A DNA stretch of 64,000 bases from Gemmatimonadota bacterium. Lineage in GTDB: Bacteria; Gemmatimonadota; Gemmatimonadetes; Gemmatimonadales; GWC2-71-9. The stretch is from positions 591 through 64,590 of the forward strand of contig JANNQX010000168.1 in the NCBI GenBank assembly GCA_031400975.1, read 5' to 3'. Within the stretch, counting starts at the first letter, position 1; each line of letters opens with the position of its first letter. Positions 46,111 through 56,300 of the stretch are shown in pieces. Both the position numbers and the translations under genes were made by a program. The notes below the pieces were generated by a model. The model was not told the origin of the DNA and did not search any database. It worked only from the letters and a program-made list of their open reading frames with translations.

Positions 46111-48596
46111 AGCTGCCCGGGATCGTCGGCGTTGTGGCCCTGGCGGTAGCCGGGGTTACCTGCGCGGGGCAGGAGTCGCAGGACCCGGTCGAGTTACGCC
46201 GCCGGTTGACCCGGGCGCTCGACCGGGGCGAAATCGCCACCGTCGAGCGAGAGCTTTCCGGCCGGGAGGCCGATCCGACCGCCGGCTACCTCTTGGCGGA
46301 GGCCGCGGTGCATCGGGGCCGGGCCCGGCGCGCCGACAGTCTCTTTCGGCGGGTTGCCTCGGTGCCGGGACCGCTTCAGGCGTTGGCCGAGATCCGGCGT
46401 GCCGAGGGGTTGGTTGGGTCTGGTAGCGCCGCGGAGGCTCGACGGACCGCGGATCAAGTGGCCCGTCGGCTCGAATCGGCGGCCACCAACACCGCCCTCG
46501 ACTGGTTGGCGTTAGGCATCGCCTACGAGATTCTCGGTGCGGTCACTCCGGCCCAGTTCAAGGATGCCCTGAGCGCGCTCGACCGAGCCGTGGCCGCTGA
46601 TTCCGTCCTGATCGAGGCCAATCTCCGGCTCGGTCAGCTCCTGCTTGGGAAGTACAATGCCCCCGACGCCAAGGCCGCCTTCGCCGAAGCCCTTCGGCGA
46701 GATCCCGGCAATACCAGGGCCGCGCTTGGGTTAGCCGAGGTTGCGCTCTTCGAGGGGCGGCCCGACACCTACAGTTTGGTCGAGAAGGCGGTCAAGGCTG
46801 GTCCTGGGTTGGCTCGTGGCATCGCGGTATTGGCCCGGATGGATCTCGATGCCGAGCAGACCGACTCAGCGCTGGCCCGGGCCGATCTGGCGATCGGGCT
46901 TGACTCCACCGCGGAGCGAGCTTGGGCCATCCGCGGCGCCGTGCTCCTGCTTCGCGGCGACACGACTGGATTTCGGACGGCGGAGCGATTGCTGCGGAGC
47001 CATCGGCCGGCGCCCGGTGGCTTCTATGCGGAAATCGCCGGGGCCCTTGGTCGGCAGCGCCAATACGCCGCCGCGGCTCGATTTGCCGCCGAAGGAGTCG
47101 CCTTGGCTCCCGGTGATCCTGAGGTGCTGACGGCGTTAGGCACGAACGAACTTCGCTTAGGCCAAATCGAGAGCGGCCGGGCCCATCTGGCGGAGGCGTT
47201 TTCCCGGGATCCATACCATGTCTGGAACAAGAACACCCTCGACCTGCTCGACGACCTGGCCGGGTACCGGACCATCTCGACCGCCCGGTTCCAGCTGGTT
47301 GGGGCGCCTGACGAAGTCGAACTATTGGCTCTCCACTTGGGACCTCTCCTTGAACGAGCCTACGATTCTCTGGCCACCCGCTACCAGTACCAGCCTCCGG
47401 CTCCGGTCAGGATCGAGCTCTACCGCAGGCATGCGGACTTTTCGGTTCGCACGGTGGGCCTGGCCGGTCTCGGCGCTCTCGGCGTGAGCTTCGGCTCGGT
47501 TCTCGCCATGGACGCTCCTTCGGCTCGCGAAGTGGGGGCCTTCAATTGGGGCTCCACCGCCTGGCACGAGCTAGCCCATGCTTTCACGCTCGGGATGACC
47601 AACCACCAGGTGCCCCGGTGGCTCTCGGAGGGCCTTTCCGTCTTGGAAGAGCGACGGGCCAAGCGCGGCTGGGGGGCCCAGGCGACCCCGCTGTTCGTGG
47701 CGGCGCTCAAGGGCAACCAGCTCAATCCGGTCAGCCGGCTCAATGATGGATTCGTTCGGCCTCGTCACGGGCATGACGTGATCTTGGCGTACTACCAATC
47801 GTCGTTGATGTGCGAGTATCTGGAAACGACTTTCGGCTTTGAGTCGGTCAGGAAGCTCTTGGCCGCCTTTCGGGATGGCGCCGCCACCGGACCGGCGTTT
47901 CAGGCCTCCGTTGGCCTTTCGATGGTCGAACTCGACCGCCGTTTCGACAGTTGGCTTCGGACCCGCTTCGCCGGGCCGATGAAAAGCGTGGCGGCCCTCC
48001 GAGATTCGACGGTCGGTCCCGGTGAGTTGCAGCTGGCGATGGAGTCCGGTAAGCGATTCCGTGGCGCCAAACAACTTGACCAGGCGATCGCGGCGTTTGA
48101 CCGGGCCGATAGGATGTTCCCGGAGATGGCCGATGGGGAGAGCCCGGCATGGTTTCTGGCCGAACTGTACCGGGAGCGGGGCGACCTGCCCAAAGCCGTC
48201 GACTATCTCGCCCGGGTGACCAGGCTCAACGACAGTCACTATCGGGCGAACCGGATCGAGGCCGAGCTTCGAGCCAAACAGGGAGACGATCGAGGGGCCC
48301 TCGCCGCTCTTGATCGAGCGACGTGGATTAGTCCGTACGATGTGGCGATGAACGAGGAGGCGGCCAGCTTGGCGGCTAAGTTGGGAGCAACCGCTGAAGC
48401 GATCCGCTTCCGCCGCGCGGTGGTGGCGCTCCAGCCAAGTGACCGAGCGGGGGCCTGGTTCGAACTCGCGGTAGCGTACCGGAATTCCGGAGATCGCGAG
48501 GCCGCGCGGCGTGAGGTCCTTCGCGCGTTGGAAGAGGCCCCCTCGTTCGAGAAGGCCCAGATGTTGTTGCTTGAACTGCGAGGAGGACGACCGTGA
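46107..48596 (+). CDS. TPR-repeat protein with embedded MA-clan (HEXXH) peptidase-like domain
   Basis: 829 aa with a signal peptide. There are TPR arrays on both sides of the motif STAWHELAHAFTLGMTNHQVPRWLSEGLSVLEE (HEXXH plus a downstream Glu). ATGA overlap with the upstream gene. Confidence 0.7.
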   Translation: MKLPGIVGVVALAVAGVTCAGQESQDPVELRRRLTRALDRGEIATVERELSGREADPTAGYLLAEAAVHRGRARRADSLFRRVASVPGPLQALAEIRRAEGLVGSGSAAEARRTADQVARRLESAATNTALDWLALGIAYEILGAVTPAQFKDALSALDRAVAADSVLIEANLRLGQLLLGKYNAPDAKAAFAEALRRDPGNTRAALGLAEVALFEGRPDTYSLVEKAVKAGPGLARGIAVLARMDLDAEQTDSALARADLAIGLDSTAERAWAIRGAVLLLRGDTTGFRTAERLLRSHRPAPGGFYAEIAGALGRQRQYAAAARFAAEGVALAPGDPEVLTALGTNELRLGQIESGRAHLAEAFSRDPYHVWNKNTLDLLDDLAGYRTISTARFQLVGAPDEVELLALHLGPLLERAYDSLATRYQYQPPAPVRIELYRRHADFSVRTVGLAGLGALGVSFGSVLAMDAPSAREVGAFNWGSTAWHELAHAFTLGMTNHQVPRWLSEGLSVLEERRAKRGWGAQATPLFVAALKGNQLNPVSRLNDGFVRPRHGHDVILAYYQSSLMCEYLETTFGFESVRKLLAAFRDGAATGPAFQASVGLSMVELDRRFDSWLRTRFAGPMKSVAALRDSTVGPGELQLAMESGKRFRGAKQLDQAIAAFDRADRMFPEMADGESPAWFLAELYRERGDLPKAVDYLARVTRLNDSHYRANRIEAELRAKQGDDRGALAALDRATWISPYDVAMNEEAASLAAKLGATAEAIRFRRAVVALQPSDRAGAWFELAVAYRNSGDREAARREVLRALEEAPSFEKAQMLLLELRGGRP

Positions 48597-49357
48597 CCCG
48601 TTGGCTCGTGGGTTTGTTACTAACGACGTTCGCGGCGCCGGGAAGCGCGCAGCGGACCCGCCCTGGTCAAGAGGGCAGCGGGTTCGGAGAGGCCTCGGTG
48701 CCGAACGTAGCATACGACGGACGGTTTACGTTCGTGCGGGCCAAGTTCGAGGTCGGCCTCAACGGATTCCGGGGCGGCCGCGACCTCAAATGGGACCACG
48801 ATTACCCCAAGGCTGAACGGCACTTTACCAAAATCCTCGAGCAGCTGACGACCATCCAGCCCCGGGTCGACGCCAGCAACATCCTCGCCCTCGACGACCC
48901 CGAGTTGTTCAAGTTCCCAGTCGTCTATCTCTCTGAGCCGGGATTCTGGCAACCGACGGACAAGGAAGTGACGAGCGTCCGGGCGTATCTGCAAAAGGGC
49001 GGATTGATGATCCTGGATGACTTCGCCGGCAACCAGATCTTCAACCTCGAAAACCAGCTTCGAAAGATCCTGCCGGGGGCCAAGATGATCACCCTGACCA
49101 CAGATCATCCGTTGTTCGACGCTTTCTACCGAATCGAGTCGCTCGACTACACCCATCCCTATTTTGGGGTCCCGTCGATGTTCTTTGGTGTCTTCGAGGA
49201 CAACGACCCGACCAAGCGTTTACTCATGATCATCAACTATAACAACGACATCGGCGAGTATTGGGAGTTTTCCGATACCGGCTTGTTCGCGATCGACCTC
49301 TCGAACGAGGCCTATAAGATCGGTGTCAACTACATCGTGTATTCCCTTACCCGATAG
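48593..49357 (+). CDS. DUF4159-like secreted protein
   Basis: GTGA overlap. Signal peptide. Pattern DHDYPKAERHF ... PVVYLSEPGFWQPTDKEVTSVRAYLQKGGLMILDDF resembles DUF4159 proteins found in Bat-like operons. Confidence 0.5.
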   Translation: MTRWLVGLLLTTFAAPGSAQRTRPGQEGSGFGEASVPNVAYDGRFTFVRAKFEVGLNGFRGGRDLKWDHDYPKAERHFTKILEQLTTIQPRVDASNILALDDPELFKFPVVYLSEPGFWQPTDKEVTSVRAYLQKGGLMILDDFAGNQIFNLENQLRKILPGAKMITLTTDHPLFDAFYRIESLDYTHPYFGVPSMFFGVFEDNDPTKRLLMIINYNNDIGEYWEFSDTGLFAIDLSNEAYKIGVNYIVYSLTR

Positions 49358-49369
49358 AATGAGGCTCGT

Positions 49370-50383
49370 GTGACTTCCACTCCCCCCGACGATCAGGCCG
49401 CGGCCGATCGGCTTCATCAATCCGGCATTCGGATCAAGGCCGAGTTGGCCAAGCGGATCATCGGCCAGGAAGCCGTGGTCGAGCAATCGCTGATCGCGTT
49501 GCTCGCCGGCGGCAACTGTTTGCTGGTCGGCGTTCCGGGCCTGGCCAAGACCATGCTGATCCAGTCCCTGGCGGAAGTCGTCGACCTCTCGTTCCAGCGG
49601 ATCCAATTCACTCCGGATTTGATGCCGTCGGACGTGACCGGGACCGATGTGATCCAAGACGACCCCGCCGGTGGCCGCCGTCTGGTGTTCATCCGAGGGC
49701 CGATCTTCGCCAACATCGTCCTGGCGGATGAAATCAATCGGACTCCGCCCAAGACCCAGGCGGCGCTACTCGAAGCCATGCAAGAGCGCCGGGTCACGGT
49801 CCAAGGGAAGACCTATCCGCTCGAGCCACCGTTCCACGTCTTTGCGACCCAGAACCCGATCGAACTCGAGGGGACCTATCCCCTCCCTGAGGCCCAACTG
49901 GATCGGTTTCTCTTCGAAGTTCTCCTCGATTACCTGCCCGAAGCCGACGAAATCAGGGTGGCTCGCGAGACGACCGGGGTCCAAGGTGGCCGTCTCAACC
50001 ACATCGTGACCGGGGCCGAGTTGGTGGCCTATCAGCAGCTGGTCCGCCGGGTTCCGGTCGCCGACGCCGTGGTCCAGTTTGCGGTGTCGATCACCCGGAT
50101 GAGCCGGCCGGTCACCGAGGGGTCGCCCGATTTCATCAAGAAATGGGTGGCCTACGGCGCCAGTGTCCGGGCCGCCCAGGCCCTACTGCTCGGCGGCAAA
50201 GCAAAGGCTCTGCTCGACGGCCGGGCTCACGTGACGTTCGATGACATCAGGGCGTTGGCCGCGCCGGTGCTGCGGCACCGGGTGTTGCTCAACTTCCAGG
50301 CGCAAGCAGAACGAGTGACGACCGACATGTTGATCGCCAAGCTCATTGCCGCGGTGCCGGTGCCGCGTTCAGGGATGTCATGA
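49370..50383 (+). CDS. MoxR-family AAA+ ATPase
   Basis: Walker A LLVGVPGLAKT, Walker B IVLADEINRTPPKTQAALLEAMQE, FATQNPIELEGTYPLPEAQLDRF. Confidence 0.95.
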   Translation: MTSTPPDDQAAADRLHQSGIRIKAELAKRIIGQEAVVEQSLIALLAGGNCLLVGVPGLAKTMLIQSLAEVVDLSFQRIQFTPDLMPSDVTGTDVIQDDPAGGRRLVFIRGPIFANIVLADEINRTPPKTQAALLEAMQERRVTVQGKTYPLEPPFHVFATQNPIELEGTYPLPEAQLDRFLFEVLLDYLPEADEIRVARETTGVQGGRLNHIVTGAELVAYQQLVRRVPVADAVVQFAVSITRMSRPVTEGSPDFIKKWVAYGASVRAAQALLLGGKAKALLDGRAHVTFDDIRALAAPVLRHRVLLNFQAQAERVTTDMLIAKLIAAVPVPRSGMS

Positions 50384-51282
50384 GCCGGACGGCGCCCTCT
50401 GGGTTGCTCGACCCCGCGGTCCTGGCTCGGATCGGTGACTTGTCGCTGATCGCCAGGACGGTTGTCGAGGGATTCATGCATGGGCTCCACCGGGCGCCCC
50501 GGCTCGGCCATTCTACCGAGTTCTCCGAACATCGTCCGTACCAGCCTGGCGATGATCTGCGCCGGATCGACTGGCGGGTGTACGGCCGGACCGACCGTTA
50601 CTACGTCAAGTCGTATGAGGCCGACACCAACGCCTCCGTCGTCTTTGCGCTCGACGTATCGAAGTCAATGGACTTCGGATCAGGGCAAGTCACCAAGCTG
50701 CAGTTCGCCAAGATGCTGGTGGCGGCGCTGGCGTGGTTCTCGCATCGCCAAGGCGATCGGATCGGCTTGATTTTGTACGCGGAAACCGTCCAAACGTACG
50801 TACCGCCGTCGACCCGCCATCTGTCGCTCATACTCCACTCGTTGGAGCGGGCCGAGGCCTCCGGAGCCGGTAGCGGCATCGACGCCAGCGACTCGATTGC
50901 CGAGTTGCTGGGCCGGACCGGCGTCACGGTTTTCTTGTCCGATTGGTACACCACACCGGACTTCGTGCAACAGGCGCTTGGCAAAGTTCGGGTCCGGGGC
51001 CACGACGTCATTGCGTTCCACCTGGCCGATCCCGCTGAAAAGACGCTGCCCTACACGGAAGCGGCGAGTTTCGAAGACCTGGAAACCGGTGAGCGCCTCT
51101 CGGTGATTCCCGAAACCCTTCGGCAGAGCTACCGGACGGCCATCGTAAGCCACCACGACGAACTGGCCGCCGGCCTCCGGCGCGCCGGCGTCGACTATGC
51201 TCCGGTCGACACGTCCGAGCCTCTCGACCTGGCGCTGTATGAGTATCTCAAGAGCCGGGAACTCCGGGATCGAGTCCGCTAG
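50380..51282 (+). CDS. DUF58 (vWA-like) protein
   Basis: ATGA overlap with moxR. The DUF58 hallmark is EFSEHRPYQPGDDLRRIDWRVYGRTDRYYVKSYE. Confidence 0.9.
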   Translation: MSRTAPSGLLDPAVLARIGDLSLIARTVVEGFMHGLHRAPRLGHSTEFSEHRPYQPGDDLRRIDWRVYGRTDRYYVKSYEADTNASVVFALDVSKSMDFGSGQVTKLQFAKMLVAALAWFSHRQGDRIGLILYAETVQTYVPPSTRHLSLILHSLERAEASGAGSGIDASDSIAELLGRTGVTVFLSDWYTTPDFVQQALGKVRVRGHDVIAFHLADPAEKTLPYTEAASFEDLETGERLSVIPETLRQSYRTAIVSHHDELAAGLRRAGVDYAPVDTSEPLDLALYEYLKSRELRDRVR

Positions 51283-53327
51283 TGAGCATCGCCTTCCTGG
51301 TCCCCGCTTTTCTGGCTGGTCTCCTGGTCATCGGAATCCCGATTCTGGTGCACCTCCGGCAGCGGGAACAGAAGAACCCAGTTCGGTTTCCGTCGCTGAT
51401 GTTCCTTCGAATGGCGCCGCACCGAACCGTCGAACGGCGGCGGATTACCCATCCCTGGCTTCTGCTCCTCCGGGCCCTCGCGGTCGCCGCGTTGGTCGCG
51501 GCATTTTCCCGGCCGTTCTGGCGCATGCCGGATCAAGCGCCGGCTGTCGGTGCCAAGCAGCGAGCGGTCATTGTGGTGCTCGATCGTTCCCTCAGCATGA
51601 GCTACCAGGGCGTCTTTGCCCGGGCCATGGACTCAGCCCGGGCTGCCTTAGCCGGCCTTCGGCCCGGCGACCTCGCCGCCGTGGTCGCCTTCGACGAATC
51701 GGCCGAGGTCATGGCACCGCTTGGGAAAGACCTGGCGGCGGCCGGCGCTCGGCTTGCGGCGATCGTGCCTAACGGCCGGTCCGGCCGGATTGCATCGGGT
51801 CTTCGGGGCGCCGGCGAGCTGGCCGCCCAGGCTCGGGGCAGTGCCGTCGAGATCGTCCTGGTGTCCGACCTCCAGCGGCACGGTCTCCAAGGGCTCGAGG
51901 CCGTTGAACGAGTGCCCGGCGTAACGTTGCGAATCCTCTCCATGGCCCAGCCGCGACCCCAGAATGCCCGGGTCCAGGACGTCGAGATCGATCGCCGGGC
52001 CGACGGACGTCGGACCACCCTGGTCGTTGGCGGCCGAATTGCGCTCAAGGGTGACTCGGCGCGGTTGGTCAACGCCCAGTTGGTGGTGAATAACCGGACC
52101 CTGGCCCGGACGACGGCCCGGATCGCGCCCAATACCACTGCGTCGATCCGTTTCGACCCGGTCATAGTGGCCGAGGGCGACGCGATGGCCTCGGTGGCCA
52201 TCGACCCCGACGCGCTGGCCGCCGACGACACCCTCCGCTTCTCACTCGCGAGTGCCTCGGGCGTCCCAGTTGTCCTGGCCCTTCCGGCCGGTGGCTCCGG
52301 CGATGAGTCGCTTTATCTCGAGCGCGCGTTGTCGATTAGCCGGGCGCCGGTTCTGGAACTGGCCATTCGGCGGGGCGGGACACTGACTGACCGAGATTTC
52401 GAGCAGGCTGCCGTGATCGTCTTGTCCGACGTGGCACCAAGTGGTGCGGGCCTGACGAAACTTCAAGCCTTCGTGAATCGGGGCGGTGGTCTCGTGGTCT
52501 TCGCGGGCTCCCGGCTCAACACCTCGGCGGCCAGGATTCCTTGGTGGCCGGCCCTGGTAGGAAGAACGATCGATCGCAGTTCAGAGCGAGGCGGACGGTT
52601 GGGGCAGCTGGACCCTGACCACCCGGCGTTCGAGCTTTTCAAAGAGGCGCTCTCCAGGGATTTCGGGGCGGCGAGGTTCTATCGCTATCGCCAGCTCGTT
52701 GCCGACTCGGGGACCAGGGTGTTGGCTCGATTTGATGACGGGATACCGGCGATCGTCGAAGGCGGCCTCGGCGCCGGCCGGATCATGGTGCTGGGTACCG
52801 CTCCCACCGCCTTGTGGTCGGATTTCCCGCTCCAACCGATCTTTCTTCCGTTGATCCAGCGCATCGTCTGGTACGCCGGTCGGCTCCAGGATCCCAAGCG
52901 CTGGTATCCCGCCGGCGAAGTGGTCACGCTGCCGGTGTCCGAGGCGGCGTTGACGGTTCGCGGGCCGGGTGAGTTGGGCCGGCCCAAGTCGGTCGATCCG
53001 CGAACGCCGACTCTCACCCTGGCCGATCCCGGCGTCTACGAGGTTGCCTCCGCCCTTGCCGCGGCGCCGATCACCCGGTTCGCGGTGAACCCGCGGGCCG
53101 AGGAGTCCGATTTGGGCGCGGCCGACCCGAAAGAAGTGCTGGCGCAACTCAAGCCGCCGAGCGACTCGACGACCGCCCCAAACGTGGTGCCGTTGACAAT
53201 AGTCGAACAAGAACGGTCGCAGTCGTGGTGGGTGGTTCTGCTGGCGGTGGCGATGGTGCTTTTGAGTCTTGAGTCATGGTATTCCGGCCGACTTGGACGA
53301 ACGACAGCCTCTGGAGGTACCCGGTGA
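51282..53327 (+). CDS. BatA-type N-terminal double-TM protein with vWA and GATase1-like modules
   Basis: GTG 51282 (TAGTG overlap). N-terminus FLVPAFLAGLLVIGIPILVHL. vWA VIVVLDRSLSMS. C-terminal TM helix. Confidence 0.8.
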   Translation: MSIAFLVPAFLAGLLVIGIPILVHLRQREQKNPVRFPSLMFLRMAPHRTVERRRITHPWLLLLRALAVAALVAAFSRPFWRMPDQAPAVGAKQRAVIVVLDRSLSMSYQGVFARAMDSARAALAGLRPGDLAAVVAFDESAEVMAPLGKDLAAAGARLAAIVPNGRSGRIASGLRGAGELAAQARGSAVEIVLVSDLQRHGLQGLEAVERVPGVTLRILSMAQPRPQNARVQDVEIDRRADGRRTTLVVGGRIALKGDSARLVNAQLVVNNRTLARTTARIAPNTTASIRFDPVIVAEGDAMASVAIDPDALAADDTLRFSLASASGVPVVLALPAGGSGDESLYLERALSISRAPVLELAIRRGGTLTDRDFEQAAVIVLSDVAPSGAGLTKLQAFVNRGGGLVVFAGSRLNTSAARIPWWPALVGRTIDRSSERGGRLGQLDPDHPAFELFKEALSRDFGAARFYRYRQLVADSGTRVLARFDDGIPAIVEGGLGAGRIMVLGTAPTALWSDFPLQPIFLPLIQRIVWYAGRLQDPKRWYPAGEVVTLPVSEAALTVRGPGELGRPKSVDPRTPTLTLADPGVYEVASALAAAPITRFAVNPRAEESDLGAADPKEVLAQLKPPSDSTTAPNVVPLTIVEQERSQSWWVVLLAVAMVLLSLESWYSGRLGRTTASGGTR

Positions 53328-56300
53328 CCGAGCATGAATCGATTCGAGCGGCCCTTGGCGACGTTCGCCGTCGGTGGCGGGTCCGTTTAGCCCTCGAGGG
53401 GCTGGTGCCCGTCGTGGCGGTCGTCGCGGCGATGTTGGCGATCTGGCTCCTGCTCTGGCCGGTCGCCGAGGGTCGTCCTTTGTTGATCAATGTGGCCCGT
53501 GGCGTTGTCGGACTCGGATTGGTCGGCGGCCTGTTGGTGCTGGTGCGGCGGTGGGTTGGGAGCCGTCCATCGGTCGATCAGGTGGCGCTGTACGTCGAGG
53601 AACGCGAACCAGCGCTCCGGCAATCGCTGCTGAGTGCTTTGACGGCCGGGGACTCCGAGGGGGCTGCCCCTGGACTGGTCGCCCGAGTCGCGACGATGGC
53701 TCGGCAGGGCCTCGCGCGGATCGATGACGGCCGGTATCTCGAACAGGCGCGGATCCGGCGGGCGGGTCGCGTTGTCGGAGCCATCACCCTCGGCTCGGCC
53801 GCGCTGTTGGCCTTGGGCCCCGGTTGGTTCCGGGTTGCTGCCGCGACGCTCGTCAATCCGTGGCGTCCCGTCCCGGTGGCCCCGAGCTTCTTGGTCGGCG
53901 TCGAGCCCGGCAATGCGGAGGTGCCCCGCGGAGGTGGGATCGACATCCGGGCGGTGTTGAACGGATTCACGAGCGAGGCCGCGGAGTTGGTGTTTCGTTC
54001 GGATTCGGCCGGCGAATGGCAGCGCTTGCCGATGAGTCGCGATACCGCGGCCGGCCGGTTCACCACCCGGCTGTTCGAGGTGGCGGAGAAGACCGAATAC
54101 TTTGTCGAGGCCACCGGGATTCGCTCCCAGGCCTTCACCCTGTCGGTGGTGGACTTGCCGGCGGTGGCCGCCGCCAGTGCCACGGTCCGGTTTCCCCGCT
54201 ATACGGGGTTGGCCGCCGAGACGATCGAGCCGGCCGGGGATTTGGCGGTCCTCAAAGGCAGCGATGTGTTGCTCCGAGTGACGCTGACCCGGCCCGCCAA
54301 AGCCGCGTGGCTCGTGGTGGAGGGCCGAGCGCCGATGCCGATGGCGTCGTCGTCCAGCGGCGGCTACTCGGCCTCGTTCCGAGTGACCGGCGACGCGTTC
54401 TGGCGGATTGATCTCGAGGCGCCGGACGGGCGCCGAACGACGGGCCTCCAGTACACGATCGATGCGCTCGAGGATGCCCTCCCGACGGTCCGGTTTACCG
54501 CTCCCGGCCGCGATACCAAAGTATCGGCGATTGAGGAGGTCGCGGCGCAGATCGAAGCCAGCGACGATTTCGGCGTTCGCCGGCTGGCCCTCCATGTCAG
54601 CGTCAACGCCGGGCCCGAGCGAGTGATCCCGCTGACTGATTCCTCCGTCAAAGCGCTGACCAGCGTCTCCGCGGTCCATACCTTCTTTCTGGAAGAGTGG
54701 TCGCTCGTCCCAGGAGACCTGGTCTCCTACTTTGCGGAGGCCCTTGATGCCGTGGGCCAAACCGCCAAGAGTGATATCTACTTCTTCGAAGTGCGGCCGT
54801 TCGACAAGACGTATCGCGAGGGAGAGCAAGGCGGAGGCGGAGGCGGGGGCGGTGGCCAGCAAAACGCGGAAGGATTGTCGGAGCGGCAACGACAGATCGT
54901 GGTCGGTACCTTCAATGTGCTTCGGGATAGTGCCGGCCAAGCGGCGAGCTTCCGGGAAGACGTCACCGCACTGACGATCGGCGAGGGCCAGCTCCGGGAG
55001 AATGTCCTCGAGCTCTCGAACCAGATGCGCCAGCGTAAGCTCGTGGCCGTCGACTCGACATTCGACCAAATCGCCGCGGCGCTCGATTCGGCGCGGGGCG
55101 AGCTCCAAAGAGCCGAGGAATTGCTCGGGCGCCAAAAACCGAGGGAGGCGCTGACACCGGCTCAGAAAGCACTCCAGCACCTTCAACGCGCTGAGGCCGC
55201 TTACCGGGAAGTCCAGATCCAGCGGGGCCAAGGCGGCGGGGGCGGCGGGGGCGGCGCCCAGCGCGAGGCCGAGGATCTTGCTGATCTGTTCGAGCTCGAG
55301 ACCGACAAGCTCAAGAACCAGTACGAGTCGGTCAAGCGAGAAGACGGTCAGCAGGCCGAGCGCCAGCTCGATGAAACAGCGGAGCGGCTCAAGCGGCTGG
55401 CCAACCGGCAGCAGCAAGAGAACGAACGGATGCAGCGGGCGGCTGACGCGATGCGAAATCGCCAGCCGCAAGGCAGCGGCGGTGGAGGCGGAGGCGGCCA
55501 GACCCAACGCCAGCTGGCCGATGAAGCGGAAGAGGCCGCCCGTCAGCTGGAAAAGTTGGCTCGCGAGCGCAATGACGGCCGGATGGATGACGCCGCCCGT
55601 CGGCTCCGGGAGGCAGCCGAGGAAATGCGCCGGGCCGCGAGCGCCAATCCAGAGGGCGGAGCGGCTCGGGGCAATGAAGCGCTCGAGCGGCTTCGGAGCG
55701 CGACCGGGGCTCTCGACCGAGCCCGAACGGAATCGCGGCAGCAAGAGATTCGCGGGCTCCAAGAGCGGGCCCGCGAACTAGCCGAGCGCCAGAAGCAAGC
55801 CGCGGAGCAGGCGACCGATCAGCCGTCCGCTCCGGATCAGCAAGCCGACTGGCAGAAAAGCCTCGGGGTCCGAAAGGACGGTTTGGCGCGTGATGTCGAT
55901 CGACTCGAGGCCGATGCCGACAGACTGAGTCGCGAAGCCGCCCGCGAACAGCCGAAGGCCGCCCGGAAACTGGCGGAAGCCGCCGAGGGCCTTCGGACCA
56001 ATCGGGTCCGGGACAAGCTGGTGTTTTCGAAGAACCTAGCTCAGCGCGGGTCGCCCGAATACGTCCGCTCCTTTGAACAGCAGATCACCGAGAATCTCAG
56101 CGCCGCCGCCGAACAGTTGGGCCAAGCCGCCGGCTCGCTGGAGCAATCAGGCGAGGGCCGGCAGACCAAGGCACTGGAGCGGACCCGAGACCTGGTTCGC
56201 GGGCTGGAATCGCTCAAAGAGCGAGCCCGAGCCGCGCAACGCGCCCAGGGCCAGCCCAACGGGACACCCAGCCCCGTCGAAGGCCAGGCCAACAACGACG

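Noticed and set aside
54826-55505. GGC-rich repeats as a tandem-repeat or CRISPR-like array
   Set aside because: They are three in-frame poly-Gly coding tracts of unequal sequence inside a long ORF, not spaced direct repeats.
53387-55762. 791-aa minus-strand ORF, one of the longest in the track
   Set aside because: It is antisense to the DUF4175-like gene. Its composition is dominated by R/P/G/L with no motifs, whereas the + frame has TM helices, operon coupling and coherent domains. This is a typical high-GC shadow ORF.
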